NCBI GenBank assembly: GCA_002498985.1
Contig: DAJO01000042.1
Location: 1-62,787, forward strand
DNA: 62,787 nucleotides
DNA from: Euryarchaeota archaeon UBA257
GTDB lineage: Archaea > Thermoplasmatota > Poseidoniia > Poseidoniales > Thalassarchaeaceae
Direction: 5' to 3'
Each line of letters starts with the position of its first letter. Positions within the stretch are counted from its first letter, which is position 1. Positions 39,157 through 49,668 of this stretch are shown here, piece after piece. The translations under genes and the position numbers were made by a program. Below the pieces are notes generated by a model. The model was given only the letters and a program-made list of their open reading frames with translations, made no database searches and was not told the DNA's origin.

Positions 39157-41125
39157 CTATTTGAGTTTCTAAATCTTCAATCCAATCTTCCATTTCTTCT
39201 TCAATTTGTTCCTCAGAAAATACTCCGGATCCTTTCAATTTCATTGTTGTAACAGTCAGAGCAACAAATAAAATTATTACTAAAACAGATAATAATCCTG
39301 TTATCAGTGCCATGTTACTAGATCCGCTACTACTACTTTTTTCTATTTTTTCTTCTCCGATTACAGTTATATCAACAGCCAAATTTGTTGATGCTCTATC
39401 TTCAGTAATTGCTCTAACAAGTAATACTTGATTACCTTCAACAGTATTGTTTGGGAGATATTGTAGCCTATCGACAAGTAACGAATGAGTAACTGCAAAA
39501 GTCAATTCATTTACATCAAAATCTGCTAAATCCATCCAGTTGTCTCTCATATCCCATGTTCTCCATTGCACTCTTGTAGCTCCACCTTCAACATTGAATT
39601 CTACTTCTTCTCCTTGAGTTAAATGGACTCTATTATCTTCTCCTATTTCATTAATTAATGTCACATTTAGAGTAAGTGATAATTCGTATACTTTGTTTGC
39701 AGCCTCCATAACTGACGGTATTGAATTAACATGTCCATGTCCATACACATTATTTTGTCTATTTTTTGGAATATTATCTTCAGCACATGGCTCATTTGCC
39801 AGCATATAATGACATTCTCTGTAAGTCGCAGTTTCCTGCATAATGTTTCTGATATCAAATGGGGATAAATCGGGATTCGCTTGATACATCAAAGCCGCTA
39901 ATCCCGCTGCACCAGGTGTTGCCATACTTGTTCCTGATTTACTTGTATATCCGTTACCTGTATTGTAGTCTGGCGCCATAACACTACTTCCAACAAAAGC
40001 AATATTTGGTTTGACTCTACCTTCTTCAGTAGGGCCTTGGCTGGAATAAACTGCTATCGCAGTATTTTTATCTAGTGATCCAACAGTAATCACATCTTCA
40101 GCAGAGCCCGGAGTCCCGATTTGAGCACTGAATACACTATTACCTGCAGCAATGAATAATGCAACCCCTTCTCTCATCATTTCATTACCCATTCTGTTAA
40201 CAGATTCTTCTTCGGATGAAGTCCACTCAATAGCTCCAGGGCCACCAAGACTCATACTCGCAGCTCTGATATTGAATATGTGCCTCTTCTCTACAGTCCA
40301 TTCCATACCCGCCATGACGGTTGCAAAAGAGCCAGAACCACCAGAGTCAAGCACTTTAACTCCGACAAGTTGAGCCATTGGAGCAACACCCTTGTATTGG
40401 TAATCTGGCGCACCAGTTCCTGCAGTTATTCCTGCACAATGTGTGCCATGTCCTTGATCATCATACGCTTTCACTTCTGTGCCGTTAGTTAGTTCAGGGG
40501 TATTAACTGGGTCATAAAATGCTATTACTTTAGGGTCATTTGTGCTGTTGTCATCGTCAATATCATCTAAACCAACATGATCGCTATCGATCCCGGTATC
40601 TATTATCGCGACTACACTTCCTGTTCCTGTGTATCCAGTGTCTTGCCATACTTGTGTGACGTCATGAATCTCATTTACATCATTCATTTGAATCTCTAAT
40701 CTTCCATCCAACTCAACGAAAACAACTCCAGGTAATTCTACAATTTTCGTGACTAAATCTATGTCTACTTTACCTGCTATGCTGTCTATTAACCAGTATC
40801 TAAATTGGACTTCGAAAGATACATGTTGTTCCAGCATTCTTTCATCTTCTATCGTTGGAGTATGATCAAAATCTACAATTACGCTAATTCTATTATTTTC
40901 ATCAAGATAATCATAATGGCTACTTTCTGGAGCCATCCAAATAGCATCATGAATTCTATCTTTGTTGGTGTCCATATTCGTATTTTCCCACCAATTTAGT
41001 TCTTGTTCGGATTCTTTCCTATCATCTTCTTCCAATGATGCAGAAGACGCTATTAATGGTACAACCAATAATCCTAGAATCATAACCGCAGTAATTCTTC
41101 TGACAAAATTCACTCTTTCGCTCAT
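39137..41125 (-). CDS. Membrane-anchored S8 serine peptidase
   Basis: Signal peptide, propeptide, IDTGID, HGTHCAG, AAGN, SGTSMATP, C-terminal TM. Confidence 0.93.
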   Translation of the reverse strand: MSERVNFVRRITAVMILGLLVVPLIASSASLEEDDRKESEQELNWWENTNMDTNKDRIHDAIWMAPESSHYDYLDENNRISVIVDFDHTPTIEDERMLEQHVSFEVQFRYWLIDSIAGKVDIDLVTKIVELPGVVFVELDGRLEIQMNDVNEIHDVTQVWQDTGYTGTGSVVAIIDTGIDSDHVGLDDIDDDNSTNDPKVIAFYDPVNTPELTNGTEVKAYDDQGHGTHCAGITAGTGAPDYQYKGVAPMAQLVGVKVLDSGGSGSFATVMAGMEWTVEKRHIFNIRAASMSLGGPGAIEWTSSEEESVNRMGNEMMREGVALFIAAGNSVFSAQIGTPGSAEDVITVGSLDKNTAIAVYSSQGPTEEGRVKPNIAFVGSSVMAPDYNTGNGYTSKSGTSMATPGAAGLAALMYQANPDLSPFDIRNIMQETATYRECHYMLANEPCAEDNIPKNRQNNVYGHGHVNSIPSVMEAANKVYELSLTLNVTLINEIGEDNRVHLTQGEEVEFNVEGGATRVQWRTWDMRDNWMDLADFDVNELTFAVTHSLLVDRLQYLPNNTVEGNQVLLVRAITEDRASTNLAVDITVIGEEKIEKSSSSGSSNMALITGLLSVLVIILFVALTVTTMKLKGSGVFSEEQIEEEMEDWIEDLETQIDDENSG

Positions 41126-41200
41126 ATTATCAAACGTTCGGAGTATTCCATAAGTATTGAATGAACCGGTTTAGTGTTCCTACAAAAATTATAATTAGAT

Positions 41201-42343
41201 TCATTTTTGAAGCATTTCTCTACTTATTATTAATCGCTGAATTTGACTTGACCCCTCAAATATTTGTACAACCTTTGCCCCTCGCATTCTTCTAGCTACG
41301 GGGTACTCTTCTGAATATCCATAACCTCCAAAAATTTGCACTGCATCAGTAGTTACTTCCATAGCCATATCTGCAGCAAATCTTTTTGCATGTGCAGCCT
41401 CTAAGGTATTACTTTCTCCAGAATCCGATTTCATTGCGGCTTTCCAGACTAACATTCTAGCGGCTTCAATCTTTGTTGCCATATCTGCTATCATGAAAGA
41501 GATTGCTTGATGCCTAATTATAGGTTTATTGAATGCATTTCTTTCACTAGCATAGGCGATTGCTTCTTCCATAGCGCCTCTGGCGTTCCCTACTGCATGA
41601 GATGAGATACTCGGCCTTGAAAGATCGAAAGCCTTCATTGCATTCATCCAACCATCATTTTCCTTTCCACCAATTAGATTTTCTGCTGGCACTCGAACAT
41701 CATTAAATGTCACAGATCTTGTATCAGAACAACGCTGACCCATGTTTTCTTCTTTTTTACCCAATTCTACACCCTCAAGATTTGAATCAACAATAAATCC
41801 GCTCATACCTTTGTATCCCAGATTTTTGTCGGTATATGCAAGTACAAAAAACCAGTCTGCATGACCTGCACCAGTAATCCACATTTTTTGTCCGTTAATG
41901 ATATATTCATCTCCATCTTTAATTGCCTCAGTTTGTATTGCTTGAACATCGCTTCCTGCACCGGGTTCGGTTACGCAATAGGCTGCTATCTTGCCATCAG
42001 TTACCATTCTGAGATATTTTTCTTTTTGAGCTTCAGTACCACCAGTAATTAGTGGGTATGATGCTAGCATTGAACTTCCAGCAGCAGTTGCAAATCCAGG
42101 GTCTCCAAATCCAAACTCTTCCAAGACTAATACTTCTTCAAATGAACCCATTCCTCCTCCACCATATTCTTCAGGTATTTTTAGAGTCAATAGACCGAGC
42201 TCATTCGCCTTAGAAATTGCTTCTTTGGGATAGACACTTTCTTTATCCCATTGAGCAGCATTTGGTTTTATTTCTTCATTGGCAAAATCACGTGCTAATT
42301 CTTGTAGCATTTGCTGTTCATCAGTCAAATCGAAGTTAACCAT
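41201..42343 (-). CDS. Acyl-CoA dehydrogenase
   Basis: YCVTEPGAGSD, NGQKMWIT, QIFGGYGY, QIFEGSSQIQR. Confidence 0.95.
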   Translation of the reverse strand: MVNFDLTDEQQMLQELARDFANEEIKPNAAQWDKESVYPKEAISKANELGLLTLKIPEEYGGGGMGSFEEVLVLEEFGFGDPGFATAAGSSMLASYPLITGGTEAQKEKYLRMVTDGKIAAYCVTEPGAGSDVQAIQTEAIKDGDEYIINGQKMWITGAGHADWFFVLAYTDKNLGYKGMSGFIVDSNLEGVELGKKEENMGQRCSDTRSVTFNDVRVPAENLIGGKENDGWMNAMKAFDLSRPSISSHAVGNARGAMEEAIAYASERNAFNKPIIRHQAISFMIADMATKIEAARMLVWKAAMKSDSGESNTLEAAHAKRFAADMAMEVTTDAVQIFGGYGYSEEYPVARRMRGAKVVQIFEGSSQIQRLIISREMLQK

Positions 42344-42391
42344 GGTGCTCGCAAGCGGCAATAAGACTTAGCCGTTCTGCTCAGATATTTT

Positions 42392-43366
42392 TCATAATGT
42401 GTAGAGTAATACCATGTATGACAAGTAACCAATGACCATAGTCACACCCAATGTTTTAGTTATTTTACGTTCATTTAACAACATTATAGCAACCAGTCCA
42501 GAGGTTATCATTACTATCCATATATCTCTCCCTGCAAATTCTTCTGATACTATGATTCCTCCTGCATAGGCTGATGAAATACCTAGTATCCCGAGAATAT
42601 TTATCACATTTGAACCCAAGACATTCCCAATTGCTACACCTTTGTGTCCCCTTAAAGCAGCAACCATAGTTACTGCTAATTCAGGAAGAGACGTACCCAA
42701 AGCAATTACACTAAGGCCAACTATTGATTCTGAAATTCCAAATGAATCTGCAATTCCCTTCGAACCTTCAATCAGTAATTCTGCTCCCAAGACAATCATC
42801 GCTCCACCTAAAATCGTCACTATCATTGCCAACAGCATATTCTCTCCCATCCAAGTTTCTTCTAACTCTTCATCCAGTCCTAATTTTTTCGAATAATTAT
42901 ATGAATATGCATAATAGCTTATTAGAGCAATAACCATTAAAATACCAATTATTTGAGTTACTTCACCCATTAGTACTGTGAAAAGTAAAATTATTGATGC
43001 CATAATTACTGCCATAGCGTCTTTCTTAATTCCTACTCCAGGTTTATCGCAGGCTCCTAGCATAGCAGCAGTTCCTAGAACTAACATTACATTGGCAACG
43101 TTCGAGCCGAGGACTCCTCCGACTGCTAAATCAACAAGATCTTGATTATTACTACTAACGGCATTCAAAGTGACTGCTAATTCTGGCAGTGACGTCCCTA
43201 CTGCCACTATTGTAAAACCAATTAATAGGGGTGAAACATTCATTTTTCTTGCAATTGTAATTGCTCCCTGAACTACACTTTCTCCACCAAATATCAAGAA
43301 AATAAAACCAAGTATTACTAAAACTAAATCGGGTAGGTCTGACAGAAAACTCAACATTATAATCAC
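42392..43366 (-). CDS. Ca2+/Na+ antiporter (YrbG/NCX family)
   Basis: Two alpha repeats GTSLPELAV...GSNV. Confidence 0.92.
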   Translation of the reverse strand: MIIMLSFLSDLPDLVLVILGFIFLIFGGESVVQGAITIARKMNVSPLLIGFTIVAVGTSLPELAVTLNAVSSNNQDLVDLAVGGVLGSNVANVMLVLGTAAMLGACDKPGVGIKKDAMAVIMASIILLFTVLMGEVTQIIGILMVIALISYYAYSYNYSKKLGLDEELEETWMGENMLLAMIVTILGGAMIVLGAELLIEGSKGIADSFGISESIVGLSVIALGTSLPELAVTMVAALRGHKGVAIGNVLGSNVINILGILGISSAYAGGIIVSEEFAGRDIWIVMITSGLVAIMLLNERKITKTLGVTMVIGYLSYMVLLYTL

Positions 43367-43370
43367 TTAT

Positions 43371-46238
43371 TTATTTACACATTCTTTTTGCATGTCTTAA
43401 TACAAGATCTACTGTAGGTATTGTGTAATCCTCCAATGTGGGCGAAAATGGAACTGGCGTATCTAAAGCGCCTATTACTACAGGTGGAGATTCCATATCC
43501 CAAAAACTTTCTTCCATTACTCTGCTACTAATTGTATGCCCCAAACCTCCTGTATATTGGGACTCTTGTAGGACAATCATTTTCTTTGTTTTCATGACTG
43601 ATTGAATACAAGTTTTTGAGTCAAACGGAAGTATCGTTCTTAGATCGACAATTTCTATTTCTATACCCTCTTTCGCCATTAATTCAGCGGCCTTAAGAGC
43701 TACATGGACCATTGCTCCCCAAGTAATAATTGTCAAATCTTTTCCGCCTCTGATAACTTTAGCTTTACCAATTGAAGAATCATTATTTTCTAATCTCTCT
43801 TTTACTGATTCTGTATCGATAATCTGATTTATTGAGTCACCCCATCCAGTCTTCCCTCCACCTAATCCATATAATCCAAGATGTTCAAGAAATACAACAG
43901 GGTCATTTAATTCATGAGACTCAATCAATAAGTCATATGCATCTTGTGGGTTGCTTGGGAATACAATTGTCAAGCCAGGGTCGTTCATAAACCAAGATTC
44001 AATCATATTAGCATGAAACGGGCCACTCCTTGTTTTAGCTCCCAGAGGTATTCTGATTGTTAACGGTACATCTGCACCCCATCTCCATCTTAGTTGTGCC
44101 GCATTATTCACGAGGGCGTTCATAGCCAATGCTGCGAATCCACCAAATTGTATTTCGGCTACTGGTCTCATACCGCCTAATGCAGCACCCGTTGCTGAAT
44201 TAATTATGATTGATTCAGAAAGAGGCATATCTAGAAGTTTATCTGAATGGCCTTTTGCTTTGAGGGGGATATTCATCCCAAAAGCACCAGCAACTTCCAT
44301 ATCTTCTCCCATGAACACGATATCATTCCCATGCCTTTCAGCTAATGCTACCATCGCATTTTGTATCGCACGACTATATGTTGAGGAATTTGATGCATTA
44401 GAAAACTCAATTGCTAAATCTCCATCTTTTAGTGGGCCAGATAAAATCTCTCCTGCCTCTTTTTCAAATCTTTCAAATTGTTCGGTATGAGTCTCAGCAT
44501 CATGTCTTGATGTGACTCCTTTTGTCACAGTATTTCCTTCAGGCCAAGGCATCTCTTCCATTTCCTTTCTAGCAGCATCTACGATAGCCTGTTCTTCTTC
44601 CTCCATAGAAATTAACTGTTTTTCATTCGCTCCGATTGATAAACAATAATCTCTGTGATTGGGGAGTGGATCTTTTTCAGCCCAATACGATAATAACTCA
44701 CGGCCAACATAACCTGGAGGATTCCCTGTTACAGAACCTAGGTACAAATCATCATGATGATGAGCGTGTCCGCATCCTCTCATTGTTTCTACATGGATTA
44801 GAGTAGGTCCACCTCCATCCAATGCGTATTCTCTACTCGCTGCTGTTGATGCGTGGAATTGAAGTGGATCTGATCCATCAATTGTCCAAGAGGGTATTCC
44901 CATTGCATGACCTTTGTCACCAAATGTCTCTGCTCCTGACTGGCCGACTGTGAATGTATCTAAAGCGATTTGATTATTTTGTATCATAAATGCAATTGGT
45001 AAACCTCTTGCGCCTGCTAAATTCATCGCCTCCCAAAATTCTCCATTGCTGCTACATCCCTCTCCAACAGGGGCCAAATGAAACCGATTAATTCTCAATA
45101 GTTTAGCAGCAAGAGCAACGCCTGTAGCCGTGGCACTAGCAATTGGGAGGGGTGCTGTTGGAGGTAGAACTCCCTTCTCCCAATTTCCTATGTGTAGATC
45201 TCTTCCTCCTGAGTCTAAGTTACCTCCGTCCATATATGAGCCAGACTTCCCCATTTGCGCAGCAAATATTTCCAAAGGAGTTTGCCCTACTGCTAATGCT
45301 AAACCTACATCTCTAATCATTGGTGCAATAATATCTGCTTGATGTCTATTTTCGGGTGGTAAATCAATCGCCTTATTTAGAGATGTAGCGCAACCAACGA
45401 CTCCTTCTTGCCAAGTTGATCTGAAACCTTTTCCCCCGAACTTTCCTCCATCTGGGGTACTGATTCCGTTACTGAATAAATCTTTCAAATGTTCATCCAT
45501 AGCTCTAGTTCTAGTCATCCATCTTTGCCATTGCAAATGTGTATCTAAATCAACACTTGAAGCGTAAGCAACTCTTCTGAGACATAGTCTGATATCTCTC
45601 ATAAACCTCTTTTTTCTTCTTTTTAGGTATAATTCAGTATCTCTCATTGGAATGACTTCATCGCCTTCAATAATAGATAATTCTGGCTTCCAAATTCGTT
45701 CATCTAAAGATTTTGACACCTCTTGGCAGAATTGCTTTGTTAACTGATGGTATGTATCTCCATTAAATTGAGTCGGTAGTTGCATACTCATCCATACTTC
45801 TGAAATCAGTTCTAGGTAGCCATCATGTCTTTCGGCTACGAAGCGTAGTAATTCTTTCCTCACCTTTTCCTCGGGTAATTTCTTTGTGAAAAGTAAAGCA
45901 TTCTTCGGGGCCCAGTCTAGTCCCCAAATTGGAGGGAGTTGCTCTTGAGTAGCCTTCTCTGATTTTGTTCTAGTTACTCCATCCCCCTGGGTCTTGTTGT
46001 TCCTTTTCTTAGCTTCTTCAATTATTTTTCCAAAATCTATAGTCGGGTCTCTTTCCCAAATTTGATAATTTCGTTTCCTGCCTTTCCCAGAATTAGAGCG
46101 ATTGAGGGTGACTCTAGCTCTCTTGTCACAATTACTGCATTTTCGATCTATTTGATTCGTATCTTGATCCCTAGTTTTCCAGGGTTCATGATTGCCACAT
46201 TCTGGGCATAGCCAAATTCCTTGCCTGGCTATGCTCAC
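43371..46238 (-). CDS. 2-oxoacid dehydrogenase E1 alpha/beta fusion with N-terminal Zn-ribbon extension
   Basis: CPEC..CSNC at the N-terminus; TPP motif GEG...QNN; MGED, PLSE, EIQF, GPFH, DLRTILPFD. Confidence 0.88.
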   Translation of the reverse strand: MSIARQGIWLCPECGNHEPWKTRDQDTNQIDRKCSNCDKRARVTLNRSNSGKGRKRNYQIWERDPTIDFGKIIEEAKKRNNKTQGDGVTRTKSEKATQEQLPPIWGLDWAPKNALLFTKKLPEEKVRKELLRFVAERHDGYLELISEVWMSMQLPTQFNGDTYHQLTKQFCQEVSKSLDERIWKPELSIIEGDEVIPMRDTELYLKRRKKRFMRDIRLCLRRVAYASSVDLDTHLQWQRWMTRTRAMDEHLKDLFSNGISTPDGGKFGGKGFRSTWQEGVVGCATSLNKAIDLPPENRHQADIIAPMIRDVGLALAVGQTPLEIFAAQMGKSGSYMDGGNLDSGGRDLHIGNWEKGVLPPTAPLPIASATATGVALAAKLLRINRFHLAPVGEGCSSNGEFWEAMNLAGARGLPIAFMIQNNQIALDTFTVGQSGAETFGDKGHAMGIPSWTIDGSDPLQFHASTAASREYALDGGGPTLIHVETMRGCGHAHHHDDLYLGSVTGNPPGYVGRELLSYWAEKDPLPNHRDYCLSIGANEKQLISMEEEEQAIVDAARKEMEEMPWPEGNTVTKGVTSRHDAETHTEQFERFEKEAGEILSGPLKDGDLAIEFSNASNSSTYSRAIQNAMVALAERHGNDIVFMGEDMEVAGAFGMNIPLKAKGHSDKLLDMPLSESIIINSATGAALGGMRPVAEIQFGGFAALAMNALVNNAAQLRWRWGADVPLTIRIPLGAKTRSGPFHANMIESWFMNDPGLTIVFPSNPQDAYDLLIESHELNDPVVFLEHLGLYGLGGGKTGWGDSINQIIDTESVKERLENNDSSIGKAKVIRGGKDLTIITWGAMVHVALKAAELMAKEGIEIEIVDLRTILPFDSKTCIQSVMKTKKMIVLQESQYTGGLGHTISSRVMEESFWDMESPPVVIGALDTPVPFSPTLEDYTIPTVDLVLRHAKRMCK

Positions 46239-46285
46239 GTATCTCCGAAATTCATCAAGTACTACAACTAATCGCTCTCAAAGGT

Positions 46286-46490
46286 TCAAATGTGGTATTT
46301 ATTTATTAATTGTGGTATTAAGACTCTTATCTTAGAGATATTTTATTGTTAATTACCGTATTTAAACAATTGACTGCAATAATTAATACCTTAATTAAAA
46401 TAAATACCGCTATTATCGGAGACAATGTAGATAAAATTACTTCGATACCATAATTAAACGATGCACTAAGTATATATTTACCGCAATTAA
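46286..46490. repeat. Array of seven degenerate 14-bp motifs, consensus WWTACCRYAWTTAA
   Basis: Minus-strand copies at 46286 and 46306; plus-strand copies at 46352, 46385, 46403, 46444 and 46477. Confidence 0.75.
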
Positions 46491-47651
46491 TCAATACTTA
46501 GGGACGCTAGAGTCAACAGTGGAAGCCCACAAGTGTATACCTCCCGATAGGTTGTAAATCTCATTGGAATAATTTCCAGACATTTTAAGAAAATTTGCCA
46601 CCATAGCAGACCTAGCGCCACTTCTACAATAAATTACAATATCTCGATCGTTTGGTATTTCATCAAGTCTCGATGGAACTTCGGTATGATTGATTCTTAG
46701 ATCGGTGTCAGGTAAGGTCACAATTTTTTCTTCTGCTTCTCTTCTCACATCTAGAAAGAAAGGTTTCCATCCATTATTTACTTTTTTTACGTATTCCAAT
46801 GGATTAATTTCTTTCATATTTTCTTCTCTATCAGAGGCATCTAATGATTCTTCCTCCTCTATACCCAATGAACAAGATATCGCTTCTTCGGAGAGTTCTG
46901 TGACTTTTTCTCTTTCTTTATTCGCACTATATCTAAGCTTTCTTATATTCATACTGATAGTATCAATTAATAATAATTCACTATCTAATGTCCCATCTAT
47001 TCCGAGGATAATTTTTAGAACCTCATTAGCTTGAAATGAACCTATAATTCCAGGTAAAACCCCTAAAACTCCTGCTTCTGCACAATTGGGAGCCAACTCA
47101 GGCGGGGGTGCTTTAGGGAATAAATCTCTATAATTTGGACTCCCATTAAGATTGAAAACTGAAACCTGTCCTTCAAATCTGTGAATACTGCCAAAAACCC
47201 ATGGCTTATCTAAAATTTCACAACAATCACTAATTGTATACCTAGTCGAAAAGTTATCTGTCCCGTCTACCACGATGTCAAATTTATCAATTATTTTTTC
47301 CGCATTTTCGATATTTAATCTCTCATCAAATATTTCGATTACAATTTCAGGATTAATTTGATTAATTCTTCTTTTAGCAGATTCTACTTTTAATTCTCCA
47401 ACTGATGAAGTCGAATGGATAATTTGCCTTTGTAAATTCGTAATATCTACTTTATCATCGTCTATTATGCCAATTCTTCCAATTCCGGCTGCAGCTAAAT
47501 ACAACAAAACTGGTGAACCTAACCCCCCGGCTCCAACAACTAGAACTGAAGAAGATTTGATTTTTTTTTGCCCTAACTCTCCTACTTGTGGTAAAATCAG
47601 ATGTCTAGCATATCTTGCTTTCTCATCATTAGTTAAGGTGATTTCAGACAT
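46491..47651 (-). CDS. moeB: MoeB/ThiF adenylyltransferase with C-terminal rhodanese domain (MoeZ-type)
   Basis: RYARHL, GAGGLGSP, NLQRQ, DGTDNF, NCAEAGVLG; rhodanese YCRSGARS. Confidence 0.93.
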   Translation of the reverse strand: MSEITLTNDEKARYARHLILPQVGELGQKKIKSSSVLVVGAGGLGSPVLLYLAAAGIGRIGIIDDDKVDITNLQRQIIHSTSSVGELKVESAKRRINQINPEIVIEIFDERLNIENAEKIIDKFDIVVDGTDNFSTRYTISDCCEILDKPWVFGSIHRFEGQVSVFNLNGSPNYRDLFPKAPPPELAPNCAEAGVLGVLPGIIGSFQANEVLKIILGIDGTLDSELLLIDTISMNIRKLRYSANKEREKVTELSEEAISCSLGIEEEESLDASDREENMKEINPLEYVKKVNNGWKPFFLDVRREAEEKIVTLPDTDLRINHTEVPSRLDEIPNDRDIVIYCRSGARSAMVANFLKMSGNYSNEIYNLSGGIHLWASTVDSSVPKY

Positions 47652-47659
47652 TTTTCCCC

Positions 47660-48589
47660 TCAATGTTGATCTTCAAGCCATTTTTCAGCATCAATTGCCG
47701 CCTGGCAACCCATTCCAGCAGCAGTAATTGCTTGACGATATCTAGTATCTACAACATCTCCTGCTGCAAACACGCCGTTCACACTTGTCATCGTATGTGT
47801 TTTCGCTAAGATATACCCTGCTTCATCAGTTTCTACCTGTTCTTCTAAAAAATTAGTAATTGGTTTATGCCCAATTGCAATGAATGCACCTGTGCATGAT
47901 ATTTCTTCTATACTACCATCTCTAGGATCTTCTAGGACTGCACCACTTAATCCGGTTTCATCCGAAAGCCAACTTCTTACAGTTCTGAACGTCTTAATCT
48001 CAATTTTTGGATTATTTAAGGCTCTTTCATACATTACTTTTGATGCCCTAAAAACGTCTCTTCTATGTAATAATGTCACTTTACTGGCAAATCTCGTTAA
48101 GAATGTGGCTTCCTCCATTGCTGAGTCACCTCCACCTATAACAAGTACCTCTTGCTCGCGGAAGAATGCGCCGTCACAAGTTGCACAGGTACTTATCCCT
48201 CTACCTTTTTGCTCTTCTTCCCCCTCTGCTCCTAGCCAGATTGATTCTGCTCCTGTGCAAATAATCACAGATTTTGAACGAAATTCTTCTCCTTCGACCC
48301 AGACCTTGAACGGTTTTTCAGAAAAATCTACTCGTTCTACATTCTTATCTTGAACTTCTAATCCAAATTTCTCTGCCTGTTCTCTTAATTGAATCATCAT
48401 TTCTGGACCGCCAATACCTTCTGGATATCCGGGGAAATTTTCTATGTCAGAGGTTAGCATTAGTTGGCCTCCTGACATGTACCCAGCGAACATCAATGGT
48501 TCCAATAATGCTCTTGCCGAGTATAGGCCTGCGGTATATCCCGCGGGACCAGAACCTATGATAATCACATTCCGCACTTCATCAGTCAT
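47660..48589 (-). CDS. trxB: Thioredoxin reductase
   Basis: GSGPAG, GGQL, CATCDG, GGGDSAMEEA, FAAGDV, YRQAITAAG. Confidence 0.97.
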   Translation of the reverse strand: MTDEVRNVIIIGSGPAGYTAGLYSARALLEPLMFAGYMSGGQLMLTSDIENFPGYPEGIGGPEMMIQLREQAEKFGLEVQDKNVERVDFSEKPFKVWVEGEEFRSKSVIICTGAESIWLGAEGEEEQKGRGISTCATCDGAFFREQEVLVIGGGDSAMEEATFLTRFASKVTLLHRRDVFRASKVMYERALNNPKIEIKTFRTVRSWLSDETGLSGAVLEDPRDGSIEEISCTGAFIAIGHKPITNFLEEQVETDEAGYILAKTHTMTSVNGVFAAGDVVDTRYRQAITAAGMGCQAAIDAEKWLEDQH

Positions 48590-48669
48590 GAGTCTCGGAA
48601 TGATAGGAATGCTTTGAACATTAACTCGAAGAAAGCACTATTGATTGCTTCAGTTAGGTTTAATGAAAA

Positions 48670-49065
48670 TCATTTTGACATTTTAATTACCGCATTAACC
48701 GCTGATCTTGCATGTGGTTCTAATCTTGGTTCAATATGATGTTTTTCAGCACCAGGACCTATTATTCCTAACCCAATTGATTTATCAAACTTAATTTGTA
48801 ATTCAATAATGGATCTAGTAACTGCCTGACCCATTACTAGCCCATGTTGAGTTTCACCACGTTCAATAATTCCGAGAGCAATTGCTGCATCAACTTCGTT
48901 ATCTTCCAATAGACGATTTAGAGCTAATGGGACTTCCATTGAGCCTGGTACCCAGATAATCTTTGATATTTCTGCTCCATTGATATTAGCTTCATTTTCG
49001 GCATATTCTAGCATTCTTTGAATCTCTTCTTTGTGAAAAGACCCACAAACGGCTGCAATCTTCAT
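48670..49065 (-). CDS. ribH: 6,7-dimethyl-8-ribityllumazine synthase
   Basis: VPGSMEVP, ALG...GETQH; rib operon. Confidence 0.92.
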   Translation of the reverse strand: MKIAAVCGSFHKEEIQRMLEYAENEANINGAEISKIIWVPGSMEVPLALNRLLEDNEVDAAIALGIIERGETQHGLVMGQAVTRSIIELQIKFDKSIGLGIIGPGAEKHHIEPRLEPHARSAVNAVIKMSK

Positions 49066-49667
49066 TATTTCACTTCCATACTTTTTCTAATTGTATCTAC
49101 AACGGCTTGAGTGCGTGAATCAATTTCTATATTGACGTAATCTCCTACTTTTTTCCCACCTATCGTAGTAACTCTTAATGTTTCAGGAATAATATGTAAT
49201 GCGAAACTATCTTTACTAACATTCCCTATAGTTAGAGACATACCATCTATCGAGATATATCCTTTTTCGAGAATATAATGCCTTGCATCAGATGGATTTT
49301 CAACTAAAATATCTATCCCTTCTCCTCTATCTTTAATCTGTATTATTTTTGCAGACATTAAAACATGTCCTGATATTATATGTCCACCTAATTCATCTCC
49401 CATCTTTAGAGATCTTTCGATATTTACTGACGAATCAACACTGAGTTTCCCTAAGGTGGTACGACTTAGAGTTTCTTCTATCGCATCGAATTTCACAAGA
49501 TTATTTTCTATTGAAACAACAGTCATACAAACTCCGTCTAGAGCCACACTAGCTCCTATTTCCAGATTATCGTCATATTTATCTAAATCTACTGTAAAGG
49601 TACGAATAAAATCTTTTTCCTCAATCTTAACTATTGGCGCAGTCCCAGACACGATTCCAGTGAACAT
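49065..49667 (-). CDS. ribE: Riboflavin synthase, bacterial-type alpha chain
   Basis: N-terminal MFTGIV (ATG 49667), SVALDGVCMTV, GGHIISGHV, KGYISIDGMSLT, VNIEID. Confidence 0.95.
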   Translation of the reverse strand: MFTGIVSGTAPIVKIEEKDFIRTFTVDLDKYDDNLEIGASVALDGVCMTVVSIENNLVKFDAIEETLSRTTLGKLSVDSSVNIERSLKMGDELGGHIISGHVLMSAKIIQIKDRGEGIDILVENPSDARHYILEKGYISIDGMSLTIGNVSKDSFALHIIPETLRVTTIGGKKVGDYVNIEIDSRTQAVVDTIRKSMEVK

Positions 49668-49668
49668 C

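Noticed and set aside
46286-46490. CRISPR array or canonical oriC
   Set aside because: Repeats are short, degenerate, in both orientations and irregularly spaced. There are no cas genes, no ORB G-string and no adjacent cdc6.
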